Shown here piece by piece: positions 27,451-31,647 of a stretch of 31,647 nt of DNA. The notes under the pieces are model-generated. The model was given only the letters and a program-made list of their open reading frames with translations. It made no database searches and was not told where the DNA came from. The DNA comes from Promethearchaeota archaeon. GTDB lineage: Archaea > Asgardarchaeota > Lokiarchaeia > Sigyniarchaeales > SOKP01. A program made the position numbers and the translations under genes. Each line of letters begins with the position of its first letter. Position 1 is the first letter of the stretch. The DNA is taken from the NCBI GenBank assembly GCA_048941285.1, contig JBHLNS010000038.1, positions 1-31,647 on the forward strand, given 5' to 3'.

Positions 27451-28224
27451 ATGTCTTTTCCTAATTATCCAGATAAATTTCGTGAGAAATCTTTCGCAAC
27501 AGCTAAGGATTTTTGGAGATATAAAAAAGAAATAGGAAGAGTCCCTAAAATTGATCCTCCAAAGGGAGTTATAATTTGCTATTCAACAACACTATTTAAT
27601 TATATAATGGAAAACCATCCAGTTAAGAAGGTAGATTATATTTTTGGAGGTCATTTTTATATATTAGATGATAGAAATGAAAAAATAGGGATCTGTGGTG
27701 GATTTGGAATTGGTGCACCCATGGTTGCTATCTTATTAGAAGATTTTAATATTTTTGGTGTAAAATTATTTCTCTCAATAGGAACAGCTGGTTCATTACA
27801 AAGAGATTTAAAGTTGGGGAGCATAGTAATATGTGATAAAGCTATCAGAGACGAAGGTACTTCACATCATTATTTAAAATATGAAAAATATTCATATTCA
27901 TCTGAAAAGGTAAATAAAAAATTAGCTGAAGTAATGGAAAGTCTGAAGCTTGATTTCACTATTGGCGCAACTTGGACAATTGATGCCCCCTATCGAGAAA
28001 CTTACACTGAAATAGAAAAATACCAAAAAGAAAATGTGTTAACGGTTGATATGGAAGCAGCTGCTATGTTTGCTGTTGCTGAATATTTAAAATTGGATGT
28101 TGGAGCAATTTTTACAATAAGTGATTATTTAAGTAAAGATCGTTGGGAATTACATTTTCATTTAACTGAAAAGAATCTCCAAACTTTATTTCATATAGCT
28201 AAAGAAACAATAGTTACCTTATAG
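27451..28224 (+). CDS. Nucleoside phosphorylase (purine/uridine phosphorylase family 1)
   Basis: GIGAP, IGTAGSL, IRDEGTSHHY, WTIDAPYRET, VDMEAAA and ISD motifs; likely ATG at 27451. Confidence 0.92.
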   Translation: MSFPNYPDKFREKSFATAKDFWRYKKEIGRVPKIDPPKGVIICYSTTLFNYIMENHPVKKVDYIFGGHFYILDDRNEKIGICGGFGIGAPMVAILLEDFNIFGVKLFLSIGTAGSLQRDLKLGSIVICDKAIRDEGTSHHYLKYEKYSYSSEKVNKKLAEVMESLKLDFTIGATWTIDAPYRETYTEIEKYQKENVLTVDMEAAAMFAVAEYLKLDVGAIFTISDYLSKDRWELHFHLTEKNLQTLFHIAKETIVTL

Positions 28225-28253
28225 TATAAGTAAGATAAAAGAAGTGATATAAA

Positions 28254-29114
28254 TTGAATTTTGAAACTATTAAATTTGAATTAAGAGAAGATGGGATTGG
28301 AATTTTAACCCTTAATCGTTCGGATAAACTGAATGCTTTGAATTTTCAAATGATTGAAGAATTACATACTTTATTTGATCATCTAATGGTAAATTTAGAT
28401 TGTCGTGTTCTTATTTTAAGAGCAGCAGGTAGAGTTTTTTGTGCTGGTTTAGATCTTAAAGAGTCTACGATTCTGCAATCTAAAAAGAAACCTGAGGAGC
28501 TTAAAGAAAAATTCTTCTTTATGAAAGCTCCAGATAAAGATACAATAAAATCTAAGATTTATGCTCAGGCAAGAGCTAGTCAAATAATTTCTAAAATGAG
28601 GAAAATAAGCCAACCAATCATAGCTATTGTGCAAGGAGCTGCTACTGGGGCGGGATTTACTTTAGTTTTGGCTTCAGATATAAGAATTGGAGGAAAAAGC
28701 ACTAAATTAGCAAACTCATTTATTAATGTTGGTTTTTCAGGTGCAGATCTTGCAAGTAGTTATCATTTGCCTCGATTAATAGGTATGTCTCGGGCTGCCG
28801 AAATATTATATACTGGACGTTTTATAGAAGCTGAAGAAGCTGAGAAGATCGGCCTTGTTTCAAAAGTAGTAGAAGGTGATGAAATTAAATTATTCGAGGC
28901 AGCAATTGAAATTGCTGAAAATTTGCTTACTAAAAGTCCGCTTGGTCTTAGAATGACAAAGGAGGCAATTAATATCTCACTTGACTCCCCTAGCTTAGAT
29001 ACAATTATACAACTTGAAAACCGTACTCAAATGCTCTGTTCAACTTCTTCTGATCTTTTGGAAGGCGTTAATGCTTTTTTTGAAAAAAGAAAACCAGAAT
29101 ATCCAAAATCATAA
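28254..29114 (+). CDS. Enoyl-CoA hydratase/isomerase (crotonase) family, paralog 1
   Basis: LNAL, FCAGLDL, QPIIAIVQG, ASDIR and LPRLIG motifs. Confidence 0.92.
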   Translation: MNFETIKFELREDGIGILTLNRSDKLNALNFQMIEELHTLFDHLMVNLDCRVLILRAAGRVFCAGLDLKESTILQSKKKPEELKEKFFFMKAPDKDTIKSKIYAQARASQIISKMRKISQPIIAIVQGAATGAGFTLVLASDIRIGGKSTKLANSFINVGFSGADLASSYHLPRLIGMSRAAEILYTGRFIEAEEAEKIGLVSKVVEGDEIKLFEAAIEIAENLLTKSPLGLRMTKEAINISLDSPSLDTIIQLENRTQMLCSTSSDLLEGVNAFFEKRKPEYPKS

Positions 29115-29139
29115 ATACTTGAATAATATGTGAAGAAAC

Positions 29140-29985
29140 GTGGATTATAAAACCATTAAATTTGAATTACTAGAAAATGGCATCGGTATTTTAACTTTGA
29201 GTAGGCCTGAAAAATTAAACGCCATTTCATTTCAAATGGAAGAAGAACTTCATCAAGTATTAGATGATTTAATGATAAATTTGGAATGTCGAGTATTAAT
29301 ATTTCGAGGAGAAGGTAGAGCCTTTTCAGCAGGAACGGACTTACAAGAAGGATTGATTTTAAATTCCAAGAAAAGTCCAGAGGGTTATAATAAATTTTAT
29401 TTCTTGAATGTTGCAGAACCAATTAAGAGAAAAATATATCACCAGTGGCGAATAACTCAAATTATAATAAAAATGAGGAAAATTCCACAGCCAATTATAG
29501 CTGTTGTCCATGGAGCAGTTGCGGGCGGAGGATTTGGATTTGCTATGGCTTCTGATATTAGAATTGCAAGCGATGATGTTAATTTTATAAATGCCTCAAT
29601 GAATATTGGTTTATCTGGAGCAGATATGGGAAGTAGTTATTTTCTTCCTCGTTTAATTAATCTTTCAAGAGCTGCAGAAATAATTTATAGTGGGAGGGGT
29701 ATTTCTGGAAAAGAAGCTGAGAATATCGGCTTTATTCAAAAAGTTGTTAGTAGAGACAATTTATTAAGTGAAGCATTAAGTTTAGCGGAAGAATTGTTAA
29801 CTAAAAGCCCTTTGGGTCTAAGAATGACGAAAGAAGTCCTTAATTTATCACTTGATTCTCCAAGTTTGAATAATATATTACAATTTGAAAATAGTTCAAT
29901 AGTTTTAACCTTTTCCTCTAAGGATATAAATGAAGCAGCAAATGCATTCTTTGGAAAAAGAAATCCTGAATATGGGTTAAAATAG
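29140..29985 (+). CDS. Enoyl-CoA hydratase/isomerase (crotonase) family, paralog 2
   Basis: RPEKLNA, FSAGTDL, AGGG, ASDIRIA and LPRLI motifs. Confidence 0.92.
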   Translation: MDYKTIKFELLENGIGILTLSRPEKLNAISFQMEEELHQVLDDLMINLECRVLIFRGEGRAFSAGTDLQEGLILNSKKSPEGYNKFYFLNVAEPIKRKIYHQWRITQIIIKMRKIPQPIIAVVHGAVAGGGFGFAMASDIRIASDDVNFINASMNIGLSGADMGSSYFLPRLINLSRAAEIIYSGRGISGKEAENIGFIQKVVSRDNLLSEALSLAEELLTKSPLGLRMTKEVLNLSLDSPSLNNILQFENSSIVLTFSSKDINEAANAFFGKRNPEYGLK

Positions 29986-30070
29986 AAAATTTTTCAATAT
30001 CACTTCAGAAAAAACTATATTTTTTATAAAGTTGAAATAATAATTATTTATATTCAATAGGGTAGTAATT

Positions 30071-31402
30071 ATGGAAGAAGTCAAAAAGAAACCGAAACTA
30101 AAACGCAGAGTATCTTTATTTGCGCTTACTATATATGGTGTAGGAAATATTTTAGGCGCTGGTATCTATGGATTAGTAGGATCAGTCGTTGGGATAACAG
30201 GAAATCTTTCTTGGCTTTCCTTTATTTTAGCTGCCATAACTGGGGCACTTACAGGATTATCATATGCAGAACTTTCTGCTATGTATCCAAAAAGCGCTGC
30301 TGAATTTGTATATACAGAAGAAGCATTTAAAAAACGCATATTATCTTTTAGTCTGGGGTGGATTATTATTTTTTCAGGAATCTTATCTGCGTCTACTGTA
30401 TCTCTAGTTTTTGGTGGGTATCTTTCTGATTTAATCGGCGTTAATACGATTTTTCTAAATATCCTTTTTGCTATAATTCTCGTGGTAGCTCTTAGTTTTA
30501 TAAATTTAGTTGGAATTAAGACATCAACCAGAACCAATATAATATTCACTCTTATAGAAGCTTCAGGTTTATTAATAATTATCTTTTTAGGGCCTTTTGG
30601 AGAACAAGATCCCAATTATTTTGCACCTCCACCAGGATCTTCTTTTCTAGTAATTTTTTCTGCAGTTGCATTAATATTTTTTGCATATATCGGTTTTGAA
30701 GATATTGCAAATATTGCTGAAGAAGTAAAAGAACCTCATAAAAATCTCCCTCGAGCAATTATGTATTCCATTATAATTACCACAATTCTATATTGCTTTG
30801 TAGCAATCTCGATAGTCAATATATTGGATGTTTCCACAATCGCTGCCTCCGAGGCACCTTTAAAAGATGTCGCTGAGGAAATACTAGGACCTTCTGGTGG
30901 TATACTATTATCTTTTATTGCTTTATTTGCTACGGCGAATACAGTTCTCATTATGTTAATTGTTACCTCTCGTATGATGTATGGTATGGCAAGAGATAAA
31001 GCTCTTCCAAGAGGATTGAAAAAGATATCCTCTAAATACAGAACTCCTATAATCTCTGTATTTTTAACGATGAGTTTCACAATAGTACCCATTTTTTTTG
31101 GTGACATTTCAATAGTCGCGCATGCTACGGTGTTTGGAGTCCTTATTAACTTCTTCTTAGTCAATATAAGTTTACTCGCATTACGTAAGAGTAAACCTGA
31201 TCAAGAAAGACCATTTGCATTAAAACCAAGCTTAAAAGGATACCCTATAATTGCAATCTTAGGAGCGATTATATGTATTGCTCTCTTGTTTACATTTAAT
31301 TGGTTAACAGTTCTTATTCAAGTTATAATTATTGTTGTTGGAATCGTGGTATTTTATGCCATGAAATCAAAAATAGAAACAAAAACTATAAGAAAGTATT
31401 AA
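30071..31402 (+). CDS. APC superfamily amino acid permease
   Basis: GNILGAGIY, SYAELSAMYP, FFAYIGFE, AEEVKEP and SRMMYGMARD motifs. Confidence 0.93.
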   Translation: MEEVKKKPKLKRRVSLFALTIYGVGNILGAGIYGLVGSVVGITGNLSWLSFILAAITGALTGLSYAELSAMYPKSAAEFVYTEEAFKKRILSFSLGWIIIFSGILSASTVSLVFGGYLSDLIGVNTIFLNILFAIILVVALSFINLVGIKTSTRTNIIFTLIEASGLLIIIFLGPFGEQDPNYFAPPPGSSFLVIFSAVALIFFAYIGFEDIANIAEEVKEPHKNLPRAIMYSIIITTILYCFVAISIVNILDVSTIAASEAPLKDVAEEILGPSGGILLSFIALFATANTVLIMLIVTSRMMYGMARDKALPRGLKKISSKYRTPIISVFLTMSFTIVPIFFGDISIVAHATVFGVLINFFLVNISLLALRKSKPDQERPFALKPSLKGYPIIAILGAIICIALLFTFNWLTVLIQVIIIVVGIVVFYAMKSKIETKTIRKY

Positions 31403-31409
31403 GTCTCAA

Positions 31410-31646
31410 CTACAATCCTTTTATATTACAATATCCTACAACATCATCTCGCAAGAATACAGTAAAAGGCAGATCTTCATATTTATATTTTTCCATCAAT
31501 CCTAATAATGTTTCATGTTCAGGTTTTGAAAAAATCTTCTTATATTGTTCACCAACACCTTCAAGAAATTGATATTGCTGTAAAACAAAATTACCATGGA
31601 ATCCTATGTTCCTAAGAAATTTCATAATATCCTCAATATCCTCAGC
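31410..31646 (-). CDS. Partial (N-terminus outside window); resembles the C-terminus of an NrdG/PflA-type radical-SAM activating enzyme
   Basis: The frame is open to the window edge: AEDIEDIMKFLRNIGFHGNFVLQQYQ...; the EDI..I...L.....FVLQQ pattern recalls activase C-termini. The CxxxCxxC motif is not visible. Confidence 0.4.
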   Translation of the reverse strand, partial: AEDIEDIMKFLRNIGFHGNFVLQQYQFLEGVGEQYKKIFSKPEHETLLGLMEKYKYEDLPFTVFLRDDVVGYCNIKGL

Positions 31647-31647
31647 A

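Overview
A very AT-rich archaeal window, most likely from an Asgard archaeon (Lokiarchaeia). This is inferred from eukaryote-signature-type genes (ubiquitin-fold protein, longin-like protein, PCI-like winged helix, AN1 zinc finger), TATA-type promoters and oligo-T terminators. Most of it is transporters and catabolic enzymes: an OFA MFS, a DMT, a family-5 solute-binding protein, two M29 aminopeptidases, two DHA3-like MFS, a glycyl-radical enzyme, a nucleoside phosphorylase, two crotonases and an APC permease. Three things missing from the ORF track stand out. (1) A minus-strand single-TM gene (501->268) has an in-frame TGA in a GGDG-TGA-GC context and is followed directly by a eukaryote-type SECIS-like kink-turn hairpin (263->211), making it a candidate new membrane selenoprotein. 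(2) A roughly 340-360 nt, heavily base-paired minus-strand ncRNA candidate (about 6890->6530) has paired ends, GNRA tetraloops, its own TATA box, a palindromic operator and a U-rich end. (3) Two paralogous micropeptides sit behind repeated ATACACAC boxes and lead into a bactofilin-like gene and an RHH/PCI-like gene, next to the ubiquitin-like gene. All calls were made by eye; no searches or folding programs were run.
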